From Candidatus Bathyarchaeota archaeon (GTDB lineage: Archaea; Thermoproteota; Bathyarchaeia; Bathyarchaeales; Bathycorpusculaceae), in NCBI GenBank assembly GCA_963832745.1, contig CAWHVC010000001.1, positions 480,001 through 544,000 of the forward strand: a stretch of 64,000 bases of DNA, read 5' to 3'. The notes beneath the pieces are model-generated. The model did no database searches. It had not been told where the DNA came from and saw nothing but the letters and a program-made list of their open reading frames with translations. Positions 38,657 to 48,885 of this stretch are shown here, piece after piece (position 1 is the first letter of the stretch; each line of letters starts with the position of its first letter). The position numbers and the translations under genes are program-made.

Positions 38657-38887
38657 ATATTTTCAGCTTTAATTTTAGTAAATACTGATATCGGTCAAGA
38701 AAAAAGTGTGTTTGAAAAAGTTAAGAATGTTTCAGGGGTTGAAGAGGCTCATGTTTTGTCAGGCGTGTATGACCTTTTGGTTAAAATTAGCGCCGCTTCA
38801 ATTGAACATTTAAAGGACATTATCCAGCTAAAAATCGGTAACCTGCCCGGTATTGCCAAATTTTCTACTATGATTATTAATGACTAA
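38657..38887 (+). CDS. Stand-alone Lrp/AsnC ligand-binding (RAM) domain protein, apparent ATA start
   Basis: Not in the ORF track. (I/M)FSALILVNTDIGQEKSVFEKVKNVSGVEEAHVLSGVYDLLVKI...IGNLPGIAKFSTMII. An in-frame TGA at 38648 within SD AGGTGA excludes an earlier start. Confidence 0.75.
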   Translation: MFSALILVNTDIGQEKSVFEKVKNVSGVEEAHVLSGVYDLLVKISAASIEHLKDIIQLKIGNLPGIAKFSTMIIND

Positions 38888-38952
38888 AATTTTGAGATAG
38901 TTTTGACAATTACTTTTCAATTGTTAACATATTCAATTCTTCAGTTACTATT

Positions 38953-39368
38953 TTGAAAACATGTCCTTATACGTGCTTGTTCCAACACAATTTACAAATT
39001 TTAGCTCATTTGTTCCTTTATGGGCTGATGTTACATACGCTAATGGGACTAAAACAAAAGAAGTATCATCTGTTCGTTCATATTACTCAATTTCAGGATA
39101 AGTTGAGCTTAAAGAATCGTAGCAGGACAGCACAATTTAACTGTTTTTGCCCGAAATGACGTGCATTCAATGCAAAAGGTTGCCTTCTACAACAAGACTG
39201 TATTTTATCATAAATGATGGAAGCTTACCAGGTGCATCTAACATTGAAGATAGCCCACCTGAGTCTGAACCGTCTAATAATATTACTTATGCAACTGTAG
39301 GCGCTTTTTCACTTATAATTGTAGTATCCTACGTTTTGGTTATCAAAATCAAGCCTAAGAGACCGTAA
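38953..39368 (+). pseudogene. Degraded remnant of a C-terminally anchored surface protein
   Basis: Broken frames ending in a Pro/Ser linker, TM helix and KIKPKRP tail. Confidence 0.35.
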
Positions 39369-39443
39369 ATTTTCCTGTTTTTCTTCTTTTAGATAAAATT
39401 TTTAAATCATTATAGTTTAATTCTCCATTATGAGGTTGCTAAG

Positions 39444-40001
39444 TTGGCTGTTCCTTTAACGTTTTTGTTAGTAGGGGCAGGCTTCTTTTTGCTTATGGCG
39501 GCAGTAGGCATTATTAGAGGTACTAAACTTAAAGAGAAAGCCTACTGTGTAACCGGGTTAGTTTGCATATTGCTTTCAGTTTGGTTATTGCTAATGTATT
39601 TTAACCAGATTCTTTTCGGAATCTGCTTCTTTTTTGCAGGCGTTTTAATTGCATTTTTTAACTATAGAAAATCAATGGATGCAACTTACCGAGAAGCAAC
39701 TGCATACGCATCCAAAACAGATTTGTCTAAACCTTTAAAGTTAATAGAGGTTTTTAGCTGGGTTGGCTGGTTCAAGATTGCCACACATTGGGGGACACGT
39801 AAGGCAACGGTTTTTTATGCCCTTTTCAATTTAGCTTTTATCATGATATTTCTTGCTTTACTGGTGTTGTTAAACGTTGGCGGTATATCTTTTATTGCTG
39901 TGGTGTCTGCTGTTGCCGTGCCAGGTGTTCTTGTTTCTTCCATCGCAATTTTCAATCAGCAAGTAATCAGAAACATAAAACAACCCCAAAATAACCACTA
40001 A
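39444..40001 (+). CDS. Hypothetical membrane protein (~5 TM)
   Basis: Hydrophobic helices; SD GAGG upstream of TTG. Confidence 0.7.
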   Translation: MAVPLTFLLVGAGFFLLMAAVGIIRGTKLKEKAYCVTGLVCILLSVWLLLMYFNQILFGICFFFAGVLIAFFNYRKSMDATYREATAYASKTDLSKPLKLIEVFSWVGWFKIATHWGTRKATVFYALFNLAFIMIFLALLVLLNVGGISFIAVVSAVAVPGVLVSSIAIFNQQVIRNIKQPQNNH

Positions 40002-40253
40002 AACAACTCAGCAGGTTGCGGCAGCTTGCACAACTAATAAACAAACAACAGCATGGAACAAACCAAAAAACCAGTCGCCAACTCAAATGTTTAGTTGTTG
40101 TTGCGTAAAGTGAAATTATCCTCAACAACTTTTAAAAAAGCAATCACGCACCAATCTAACCTATAATTAGGCCTTTAAACCCATATTTCACGCTTTTTTG
40201 GAGTTTATACTTTTATTAGTCTCTTTTGCGTAATTTGCGGTACGGGATATAAC

Positions 40254-43200
40254 GTGACATCTTCAACCGAGCAAGCTGATTCTAACCAAAGTTTACCTAC
40301 TAATTATACTCCGCTTGAACTAGAAAAACAAATACGCGAATACTGGACAAAAAACCTTATCCGCGAAAAACTCGAGCAACTACGAGATTCACCAGCCATT
40401 AAGGGCAACCTTGGCTACGTAGAAGGCCCACCCACCTTAAATGGCATACCTCACATTGGGCACGCGCGTGGACGCATCATGAAAGACATCCGTTACCGCT
40501 GGAAAACCATGGAAGGTTACTACATGCCTTTCTGGGCAGGATGGGACTGCCAAGGCTTACCTGTCGAACTTGAAGTTGAAAAACTTCTCGGCGTCCGTAA
40601 TAAACGTGAAATGCTTGAACGTGTCGGTATGGAACGCTTCATAGCTGAATGCAAAAAAGCCATCATGCGTTACCACGAAATGTGGCTAAACGCCGATAGC
40701 CTCCTCGGCATCGCCATTAATCAAGACAAAGCTTACTGGACCTACAAAGACGAGTATATAGAACGTGAATGGCAAATTCTCAAATGCGCCTGGGACCAAG
40801 GCTTGTTAGAAGAAGGACACTACGTTGTCGCTTACTGTCCAGGATGCCAAACAAGCCTTAGCAGCGCTGAAGTCGGCTATGAAGGCAGCTACAAAGAAGT
40901 TGAAGACCCCTCATTCTACTTCAAATTCAAAGTCACAGGCACCGAAAACGAGTACTTCCTCGTCTGGACAACTATGCCGTTCACCATAATCACCGACACC
41001 ATGCTTGCTGTTCAGCCAAACGCTGAATACGTTAAAGTCCAAGTTAACTCTGAAACGTGGATTATGGTTAAGCAACGCGTAGAACCTGTCATGACTGAAC
41101 TGGAAATCAAAAATTACCAAATCCTTGAAACCGTTACAGGTAGAAGCCTCGAAGGCACCGCATACGATTACCCCTTAAAAGACATAATTCCCAAGCAAGC
41201 GGAAAATGAAACCAAACACCCATTAGTTCACAAAGTTATCGGTGAAGATTTTGTTGACGTAGACACAGCCACCGGTGTAGTTCACCTTTCACCTGGCAAC
41301 GGTGAAGATGATTTCTGGGCAGCAAACCGCCGAGGCGTCCCCATCTATGCACCTTACGATGACGATGTCAAATTTACTAAAGATGCTGGCTTATTTGTAG
41401 GCATTTTCGCTCGGGACGCTGACATGCCCGTCGTGGAAGAACTCCGTAACCGCAACGCTTTCGTCGCCCTCAAAAAGACAAAACACGAGTATCCAACCTG
41501 CTGGCGGTCTCACCACAAAATCGTTTGGCTTGCCCGCAAAGAATACTTCCTACGCACCGACAAAATCAACGCCAAAGTCCTTGAAGCAGCCCAAAAAGTC
41601 AGCTACTTCTATGAAGAACCCAAAAACCGTTTCTTCGCATTTCTGCGTGAAGGTAAACCATGGTGTATCAGCCGTGAACGCATCTGGGGTACACCATTGC
41701 CCATGTGGACCTGCCAAGCATGCGGCAACAAACGTTTAGTTGCAAGCAAAAAAGAATTAATTGAACTCTCTCAGGAGCCGATTCCAGATGATTTTGAACT
41801 GCACAAGCCATGGGTTGACCGTGTTACAATAAAATGCAGCAACTGTGGCGGCGTGATGAAACGGGAAGACTTCGTTTTGGATACTTGGCACAACAGCGGT
41901 GCTTCACCATACGCGCGTTTTACGGATGAGGAAATCGAAAAGTTTATCCCTGCAGACTTTTTGACCGAAGGTATTGATCAAACAAGGGGTTGGGCAAACT
42001 CTTTGTTGCTTGAAAACGTTATTCGTACAGGTAAAGCTGAAGCTCCTTACAAGTCTTTCTTGTTCCAAGGCTTAACTCAGGATGCTAAAGGCCGTAAGAT
42101 GAGTAAAAGCTTAGGAAACACGGTTGAAACGGCGAAAATGCTTGAAAAAACCAGTGCGGATTTGTGCCGTTTTTACATGATGCGCAAATGCAGTCCGATT
42201 GATTTCATGAATTTTGACTTGCAAGAACTTAGCCGCCGCAGTTACCAAGTCCTATCCACACTGTACCATTTAAGCAGATTCTTTTTGCAAAACGCAGAAT
42301 TTGACGAATTCAACCCTGCAACTTACAGCATGGATTGGGCAATTAAAAACGGTAAACTCCAGCCAGCCGACAAATGGATGCTCAGTAAAATGCAGGAGAA
42401 AATTCAGCAATATACAGAGAACCTTGGAAAATGTGAGTTCAATGCGGCTGTAGCTTTACTTGATGACTTCGTTATTGAAACGCTTAGCCGCTTGTATGTG
42501 CCGATGATTCGCAAAGAACTTTGGACTGATGAACCTGAAACTTTGGAACGCCGCCAAACCATCTATGCTCTTTTGCACCATACACTCAAAACCGTTACGT
42601 TGCTGTTTAACCCTGTTACGCCCTACTTAACTGAGGCATTGTACCAGAAAGTTTACCGTAAACTCGAACCAAACCTACCTGAATCGGTAAACTTTGAAAA
42701 ATGGCCACTTGTAAACGAAGCACTTCGAGACAAAACGTTGGAAGAAGAATTTGACACTATGCTTAAAGCCGTCTCAATCTCGTACGCTGCACGTCAACAA
42801 GGCAAACTGAAACGTCGCTGGCCACTTGCTAAAGCCATTGCAGTTGCTCCACAAAAAACCCTTGACGCGCTTAAACACCTTGAACCAATCCTTCTTGACT
42901 TAACCAACGTTAAAAGCGCCGAATACTCCATAGCCGTTCCAGAATATGTTGGAGGGGAAAATTGGGTGTCAGCACAAGAAAACGACTTGACGATCTTTAT
43001 TAGTGGACAACGTGACGAAACCTTGCTGGGTGAGGGCATCATGCGTGATTTAGCACGCCGCGTCCAAGCATTGCGAAAAGAAATAGGTTTCACCCCAACT
43101 GACGTACTTGTATCCGCACACATCGCTGAACTCGACGCTGAATCCATGCAACTGCTAAAACCGTATCTTGAAGAAATGGCAGGCTTAATCCGTACAAGAA

Positions 43201-43295
43201 AAGTTTACCTGCACAGCAACCGCAGCGAAGTTGAAGATACTGAATGGCATGAATCTGAGTTAGATGGCAAAAAAATCTACATCAACATCCACTAA
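40254..43295 (+). CDS. ileS: Isoleucyl-tRNA synthetase
   Basis: EGPP...HIGH, GWDCQGLP, WTTMPFT, TGVVHLSP editing domain, WCISR, EGIDQTRGW, KMSKS. Confidence 0.96.
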   Translation: MTSSTEQADSNQSLPTNYTPLELEKQIREYWTKNLIREKLEQLRDSPAIKGNLGYVEGPPTLNGIPHIGHARGRIMKDIRYRWKTMEGYYMPFWAGWDCQGLPVELEVEKLLGVRNKREMLERVGMERFIAECKKAIMRYHEMWLNADSLLGIAINQDKAYWTYKDEYIEREWQILKCAWDQGLLEEGHYVVAYCPGCQTSLSSAEVGYEGSYKEVEDPSFYFKFKVTGTENEYFLVWTTMPFTIITDTMLAVQPNAEYVKVQVNSETWIMVKQRVEPVMTELEIKNYQILETVTGRSLEGTAYDYPLKDIIPKQAENETKHPLVHKVIGEDFVDVDTATGVVHLSPGNGEDDFWAANRRGVPIYAPYDDDVKFTKDAGLFVGIFARDADMPVVEELRNRNAFVALKKTKHEYPTCWRSHHKIVWLARKEYFLRTDKINAKVLEAAQKVSYFYEEPKNRFFAFLREGKPWCISRERIWGTPLPMWTCQACGNKRLVASKKELIELSQEPIPDDFELHKPWVDRVTIKCSNCGGVMKREDFVLDTWHNSGASPYARFTDEEIEKFIPADFLTEGIDQTRGWANSLLLENVIRTGKAEAPYKSFLFQGLTQDAKGRKMSKSLGNTVETAKMLEKTSADLCRFYMMRKCSPIDFMNFDLQELSRRSYQVLSTLYHLSRFFLQNAEFDEFNPATYSMDWAIKNGKLQPADKWMLSKMQEKIQQYTENLGKCEFNAAVALLDDFVIETLSRLYVPMIRKELWTDEPETLERRQTIYALLHHTLKTVTLLFNPVTPYLTEALYQKVYRKLEPNLPESVNFEKWPLVNEALRDKTLEEEFDTMLKAVSISYAARQQGKLKRRWPLAKAIAVAPQKTLDALKHLEPILLDLTNVKSAEYSIAVPEYVGGENWVSAQENDLTIFISGQRDETLLGEGIMRDLARRVQALRKEIGFTPTDVLVSAHIAELDAESMQLLKPYLEEMAGLIRTRKVYLHSNRSEVEDTEWHESELDGKKIYINIH

Positions 43296-43324
43296 TTTTT
43301 GTGTGGATGTTTTCTATTCTTTTA

Positions 43325-43447
43325 TTATTCAAAACTGTCTTTTTGAGGTAATGGTGATCTAATTACATCTTCTGGCTCCTGCTTTGGTGGGGTTGCCACT
43401 TTATTTTTCTTTTTCTCCTCCTCCCTTAAATTTATCCTATTGCTCAT
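43325..43447 (-). CDS. Small charged hypothetical protein (40 aa)
   Basis: Not in the ORF track. MSNRINLREEEKKKNKVATPPKQEPEDVIRSPLPQKDSFE*; perfect SD GGAGGTGA upstream. Confidence 0.55.
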   Translation of the reverse strand: MSNRINLREEEKKKNKVATPPKQEPEDVIRSPLPQKDSFE

Positions 43448-43628
43448 TTTTTCACCTCCAAACTTAGAATTGCGATGGTGAAACCTGTAAGATTGAATCG
43501 TGGACCTTCTGCTTGTTCATTTAAGACTGTTGTTAAAATTTACATTTTTGTTGTAGCGCCTTAACTACTACACCAGACGTGAAAGTTGATAGAAAAACTA
43601 ATAGCCTACAGCCTAAAGTAAACATGAT

Positions 43629-43808
43629 ATGAACACCGACGAAAATAACTTGCCATACCTCAAATGCCCCCATTGTGCATGCATATTTTTCACGCAAGCT
43701 GACCTTGATGTGCATCTCAAACGTTTCGGCGACAATGCAGCCCAGCATTTGGATGATTACAAGAGAACTCACGCCCGAATCGAGCACGGGTACGGCAGCG
43801 ACGAATAA
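43629..43808 (+). CDS. Small C2H2-like zinc-finger protein (59 aa)
   Basis: Not in the ORF track. YLKCPHCACIFFTQADLDVHLK fits C-x2-C-x3-F-x5-L-x2-H, with further His residues downstream. Confidence 0.65.
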   Translation: MNTDENNLPYLKCPHCACIFFTQADLDVHLKRFGDNAAQHLDDYKRTHARIEHGYGSDE

Positions 43809-44007
43809 GCACTGTTTTCAACATGTTAATGATTGGCTTTAAGCTAATATGGACTTACCCTCCTATATGGGGTAGGTCTTAAGGGCACTTTCTTAATTCA
43901 TAAACATCCTGAAATTCAGGTTTTAACGGGTTGAAGCGGCATTCTGTGTTTCAAAGCTTAAATTTGGGGACACTTATTTTGGTTGCAGATTAAAGAGGAA
44001 AACATCT

Positions 44008-44922
44008 TTGGCTAACGAAAAAATTCAAGCAGGCGACTTCGCATTAATTTACCTTGACGCCCGCAGAACTTACATGTTAAAAGTTGAAGCAGGACAAACC
44101 TTCCACACTCATAAGGGATTTATAAAGTTTGATGAGCTTATCGGTAAAGAGTTTGGCGAACCAATCAAAAGCAGCCTAGGCGTAATTTTTACGACCCTTA
44201 AGCCGCAGTTAACCGATTATATTATGAAGAGCAGCCGCAACACACAAATTGTGTATCCTAAAGACGCAGCGGCAATAGTAATGTTTAGCGGAATCGGTCC
44301 AGGCAGTCGCGTTGTCGAATCTGGCACAGGAACCGCCAGCTTAACCACCGCTCTTGCCCATTATGTAGGTCCAACAGGAAAAGTTTACACTTACGAATTG
44401 CGAAACGAGTTCCAGAAGAACGCTGCTAAAAACCTGCAACGCTCAAAACTCATTGACCGTGTAGAAATGAAAAGCGGCGACGTAACTCTTGGCATCGAAG
44501 AACGCGATGTCGACGCAGTCATATTGGACTTGGCAACACCGTGGCTTGTTGTACCACACGCTTATGAAGCTTTGAAGCCGTCGGGAACGCTGGTTTCTTT
44601 TAGCCCAACAATTGACCAAGTCGTAAAAACCACCGAAGCACTAAGAGACAACAATTTCGTTTTCATAGAAACCATTGAACTCATGATGCGCGCAATGCAG
44701 GTTGAACGAGGAAAAACACGACCGCAAACTCTAATGACAGGGCACACAGGCTACATTACACATGCAAGAAAAATTTTAAAACCGAATTTCCCAGAGCCAT
44801 CACAAGTGTCATCGTTGATTCAGGAAACTATGCCTGAAGTCACCGTTGAAGAAACAGATTTTGCAGCGCAAGAAAATTCAGAGCAAGGAAATAATGAAGA
44901 AATGACAGAAGAGTCTGTCTAA
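44008..44922 (+). CDS. trmI: tRNA (adenine-N1)-methyltransferase (m1A57/58)
   Basis: FHTHKG, TQIVYPKD, VVESGTGTASLT, ILDLATPW, GHTGY; extra acidic C-tail. Confidence 0.95.
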   Translation: MANEKIQAGDFALIYLDARRTYMLKVEAGQTFHTHKGFIKFDELIGKEFGEPIKSSLGVIFTTLKPQLTDYIMKSSRNTQIVYPKDAAAIVMFSGIGPGSRVVESGTGTASLTTALAHYVGPTGKVYTYELRNEFQKNAAKNLQRSKLIDRVEMKSGDVTLGIEERDVDAVILDLATPWLVVPHAYEALKPSGTLVSFSPTIDQVVKTTEALRDNNFVFIETIELMMRAMQVERGKTRPQTLMTGHTGYITHARKILKPNFPEPSQVSSLIQETMPEVTVEETDFAAQENSEQGNNEEMTEESV

Positions 44923-46580
44923 TCTTCCGCTTTTATTTTTCCTTTTACTTTTCGACCATTATCGGGCATTGGCATGCTTAACTGGTAAACTGCTTGCTTG
45001 AATTGCTCACCGTTTTCGCGTCTTGTTAACCCGTAATAGGCACCCAATATTCTGCCGAAATAGGGGATAAGCACGCGGTCGAAGGTTCTGTACAGGAATG
45101 GGTTTGGAATTCTGTTTTCAAGGAAAGTTGATTTCCAGATTTTAATGTTGTACTCCCAGCATTTGATGAAGAAGTCCCAGCGCGCTTTAGAAAGCGAATC
45201 CATTTCGGCACCCTTCTTGTTCATCAACACACAGTTTTCCAGTGGCACAAAGAAGAGTGGCACATAAAAAGCGTTGTAGTCTTTAAGGTCATCCATCAAC
45301 TCGAGCGTTTGCAGTATGTCTTCCTCTTTCTCATCAGGTAAACCAATAATGAGCGTTGCAAGCGGGTACCAGTCATTATCGTTTAGGATACCAAAAGCGT
45401 TGGTGACTACTTCTGGCCATTGTTCAGGTTGGAAAGGTAACATTTTGCCACCCATGTACTTTTTCATGAGACGTGGACTACCGGTTTCGACGCCTGTTTC
45501 AGCGGTGATTATTGGTTTACCGCCGAAAGAGTACCAGCTTTTCTCAATCAGGATTTCTGCCAGTTCGCTAATCATTTGTGGGTCATGATAAACGGGAGCT
45601 AGGGACATGTGGGCGGCTTGGATACTTTTTACGCCGGGATGGTCTGCGACGCTTTTGCAAAGTTTTACTATCGCTTCCCGGTTAGGAATGAACCGGGGGT
45701 CCTTTTGACCGTAAAGAAACAGATCTTCAGTGATTAACGTGATGTGATCGCTACCCTGCTGGGTACTTAATGCGACTTCTCTCATGATTTTTTCAAGCGG
45801 CACATCGATTTTGTGCTGCATTGTGGGTGTGCAGAATTGGCAGTTTCTTCCACAGCCTTTGGAGATTTCAACCGCTCCATGAATGGCAACATGTTCAGTG
45901 ATTGGCATTTCTTTGTTATAATTCCAGTTATCTAATGACTCATCAGCTTTAGCGATACGGGGAATCGGTTCATCGTTCACAGCTTTCTTGAAAAGCTCAA
46001 CAATAGGTGCAGGCCTTCCACCCATAAGCACGCAATCTACACCATAACTTTCAGAGACTTTTTGGCGTTCAAGCTGCCATGAACCGTAGCCGCCAACGAT
46101 GATTTTTGGCTTATACTTTTTAATGGCTGGGTGCATGACGAGTTTACGAAATTCAATGCGGTTCATCGGTTCGCCGCCGCCTACAATTGAACTGTATGTT
46201 TTGCTGACATAACCCATGCCTGTGGGGTCCATGGATGAAATTCCAAGAACTTTCGTGTTAGGGCCAACAAATAAATCTAGGTCTTCAGGGTAAACGACGG
46301 CTATGTCTTCTCTGGCGAATCCGCCTTCAAGTAGAATAGATTCTACTTTACGTAACCCGTATGGAGCATAGCTTGCTTGACCATCGGCTTTTTTGGGTTT
46401 ATGTGGGTAAAGTGTTTTTCGTACGTATGAAAGGGGGATGGGGCCTTTTCCGAAGCCACCTACGAAGGCTATGAAAGGGTTGTTAAAGAAGTCGCTCATT
46501 TCGGTTGCTGATGCTGTGAGTACTATTTTGGTTCCTGAAACTGCTGCCAATCTCTCTCTTCCTTGAACAAAGGTACTCAT
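44919..46580 (-). CDS. Radical SAM protein with N-terminal B12-binding-like domain
   Basis: EISKGCGRNCQFC (CxxxCxxC), APYGLRK, KIIVGG, GVETGS, IIGLPDE. Confidence 0.88.
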   Translation of the reverse strand: MSTFVQGRERLAAVSGTKIVLTASATEMSDFFNNPFIAFVGGFGKGPIPLSYVRKTLYPHKPKKADGQASYAPYGLRKVESILLEGGFAREDIAVVYPEDLDLFVGPNTKVLGISSMDPTGMGYVSKTYSSIVGGGEPMNRIEFRKLVMHPAIKKYKPKIIVGGYGSWQLERQKVSESYGVDCVLMGGRPAPIVELFKKAVNDEPIPRIAKADESLDNWNYNKEMPITEHVAIHGAVEISKGCGRNCQFCTPTMQHKIDVPLEKIMREVALSTQQGSDHITLITEDLFLYGQKDPRFIPNREAIVKLCKSVADHPGVKSIQAAHMSLAPVYHDPQMISELAEILIEKSWYSFGGKPIITAETGVETGSPRLMKKYMGGKMLPFQPEQWPEVVTNAFGILNDNDWYPLATLIIGLPDEKEEDILQTLELMDDLKDYNAFYVPLFFVPLENCVLMNKKGAEMDSLSKARWDFFIKCWEYNIKIWKSTFLENRIPNPFLYRTFDRVLIPYFGRILGAYYGLTRRENGEQFKQAVYQLSMPMPDNGRKVKGKIKAED

Positions 46581-46706
46581 TTGTTTATAGCAGTATTAAA
46601 AATTACCGTTGGATGCACAATCCAATGTTGAAGGGAATTAATAGCTGAAGAAAAAATTTACATGTACAACTTGGCAACAAAAAAATTGACAAATGCAAAA
46701 GGCTGC

Positions 46707-47831
46707 TCAATTGGACTGCGGTTGGGTCGCAACGGGAAACTGGCCAACAGTTTGGCCTGTAACAGCTGGTTTAATCATGGGTAACTTCAGCAATGATTGA
46801 TTTTTAAGAAAAGATTTTGCGCCCATCCACTGTACAAGCGGATAACCCACAATTATTTGGCTCCAAAAAGTCAGCAATCTTGACAATGTTGTAACTGCTC
46901 CTGCAACCGCCAAAGGAACACCATACATGGAAAACATGCTTACCATAGTTACTTCTACGGCGCCAACAGGGAACCCGGCAGTCACAGTTTCAACCGTAGT
47001 AATAATGCAGTACACTGTGGCTAAATCAAGAAGCGAAATCGCTGTAAAGTCTAAAGCGTAGAAAATCATTAAGTAAACAGTCAAGTTAAACAGCCACGCT
47101 GCAACCGCAAAAATGGCTGGTTTAATGAGGCTCCGTGGGTAAGCTTTGAAAGTTTTGAAAGACTCACTAAAAGACGATAAACCACCGTAGAGTTTTTCTT
47201 GCAAGCTTCGTTGCTTTTCAGGTTTTTTGATAACCCATTTTACAATCCACATAATTCCATTAACGACTTTGTTCACGGCGCCATCTTTTAAAGCAACAAA
47301 TAAAACCACGCCAACCATAGCAGCCGTGCCCAGCATAACCAAAACGATAGGCGTAATTAAGTAAACAGGCAACTGATGGGATACAAGCAGAATAACGCAG
47401 CCTACAAGCAAGCCGCCGGAGTACACAAAAGTGCTGATTAACCGTGAACCAATTACGCTGGCAGCCGATTTACCTGTATCGTTTTTCGTTTCTTTTTGAG
47501 CTAAAGCTATGCGTGCGACTTCTCCGCCAACAGTGGCGCCTGGAAGGATTAGTTCTACAAAGTTGCCTATCCAATTGTATAGTACTATTTTTCTTGCTTT
47601 AACTTTGACTTTTAGTGAGTCAAGTAAGCTATGCCAAATCATGGAGTCAAAAAAGATGCCTAAGAATAGGGCGACGATTGCTAAACCAAAGAATAGTGTG
47701 TATTGGTAAACGTTTAGTCTGCTTAGCAGTGTGAATAGGCCGTCGAAGCCGACAAAGAACCATAAGTATAGGATGAATGCGGCTAAGCCTAATGTCATGA
47801 ATATGAGGGTTTTGCGTCCGCCTAAAAGCAT
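46707..47831 (-). CDS. UPF0104/LPG-synthase TM (flippase-like) membrane protein
   Basis: FVELILPGATVGGEVAR, PVGAVE, RLLTFW; about 8 TM helices. Confidence 0.85.
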   Translation of the reverse strand: MLLGGRKTLIFMTLGLAAFILYLWFFVGFDGLFTLLSRLNVYQYTLFFGLAIVALFLGIFFDSMIWHSLLDSLKVKVKARKIVLYNWIGNFVELILPGATVGGEVARIALAQKETKNDTGKSAASVIGSRLISTFVYSGGLLVGCVILLVSHQLPVYLITPIVLVMLGTAAMVGVVLFVALKDGAVNKVVNGIMWIVKWVIKKPEKQRSLQEKLYGGLSSFSESFKTFKAYPRSLIKPAIFAVAAWLFNLTVYLMIFYALDFTAISLLDLATVYCIITTVETVTAGFPVGAVEVTMVSMFSMYGVPLAVAGAVTTLSRLLTFWSQIIVGYPLVQWMGAKSFLKNQSLLKLPMIKPAVTGQTVGQFPVATQPQSN

Positions 47832-48071
47832 ACAATGTCTCCGTTGGTAAAGTTGTTTTTACGCATTAAACAATTAAACGTTTCAAGCATGCAGTTGATT
47901 GCACATTTAGATGTAGATTTAGCAATTAAATGCTTAAACGAGCTGTAAATGGCCTTTTTTACCGTTTTCATTACTGATTTTGGGGTTTCATCAAATATTA
48001 ATTAAACGGTTCAAAAAAACTAAAAACACCTGAATAACGATAAACAAACAGGGACACAGAAAGAGTTTTTG

Positions 48072-48317
48072 TCAAATTTTAGCTATCAACGACAAAGCTG
48101 CAATAACCAGAAAAGCTACACCCGTCCAGAATAGATCGCCACCTGTCAAGAAATATACAATAACTGCGATAATCACTGCGGGAAGAAACACAATAAAAAG
48201 TCGGATAGCCGCAATTATGATTATGCCGATAATGACTAAAACTATAAGCAATGCTAAATCAAAAGCAAAAGCGCCCAGAAGGTAGGGCAAAAAACCAAGA
48301 AAACTGACAGCGTTCAA
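48072..48317 (-). CDS. Small integral membrane protein
   Basis: 81 aa, almost entirely hydrophobic. Confidence 0.65.
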   Translation of the reverse strand: MNAVSFLGFLPYLLGAFAFDLALLIVLVIIGIIIIAAIRLFIVFLPAVIIAVIVYFLTGGDLFWTGVAFLVIAALSLIAKI

Positions 48318-48375
48318 TTAAAAGAGCCTCTATAAAAAGGGGGGCAAACGAAGTAAAAAACGTTACTAAAAAGGG

Positions 48376-48885
48376 TTAAACGTTAATTTTACCCCTAACC
48401 CTTGGAATAACATCTCGCTGAGTAACCAAAACTCCAAAAGTGGTAACCTTGAAACGGTCATCACCCGTTTTTGCTGCGCATTCATTTTTGATTAATTCGC
48501 CTAGGCGAGTACTCGTTATTTTGCCAGTTTTGCCCAGTTTAGTTTGCAATTCTTCTTTTGACAAGGACTCGGTCTTGAGTAAACCAAGTTTGCTGCCAAG
48601 ATACTGAGCAGAAAGCCACAGCGAAAGCGCCTCGTTGTCAGTAAGCTTAGTTTTGGGCACCAACAGGTTTGCGCCTTCAGGCGAAAAAGCGATTATACCT
48701 TCTAAGTCTTTGGCAAGCTGCTGCAAATCAACGTTTAAGGTGAGTCTTTGGGCAATCTCAAACGCCGGCAAATATTCACGGAAGAATTGGTCAAGCAGTT
48801 CCCAAGTTTCCTGAAGAGTTGCCGTGAAATCCTTTTCCAACTCTTTATATTTCAGGTGAACGTCAACCTTGTCGGGCGTGTTCAA
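48376..48885 (-). CDS. Hypothetical protein with C-terminal winged helix
   Basis: LSKEELQTKL...ITSTRLGELIK...FKVTTFG; paralog of the upstream gene. Confidence 0.7.
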   Translation of the reverse strand: MNTPDKVDVHLKYKELEKDFTATLQETWELLDQFFREYLPAFEIAQRLTLNVDLQQLAKDLEGIIAFSPEGANLLVPKTKLTDNEALSLWLSAQYLGSKLGLLKTESLSKEELQTKLGKTGKITSTRLGELIKNECAAKTGDDRFKVTTFGVLVTQRDVIPRVRGKINV

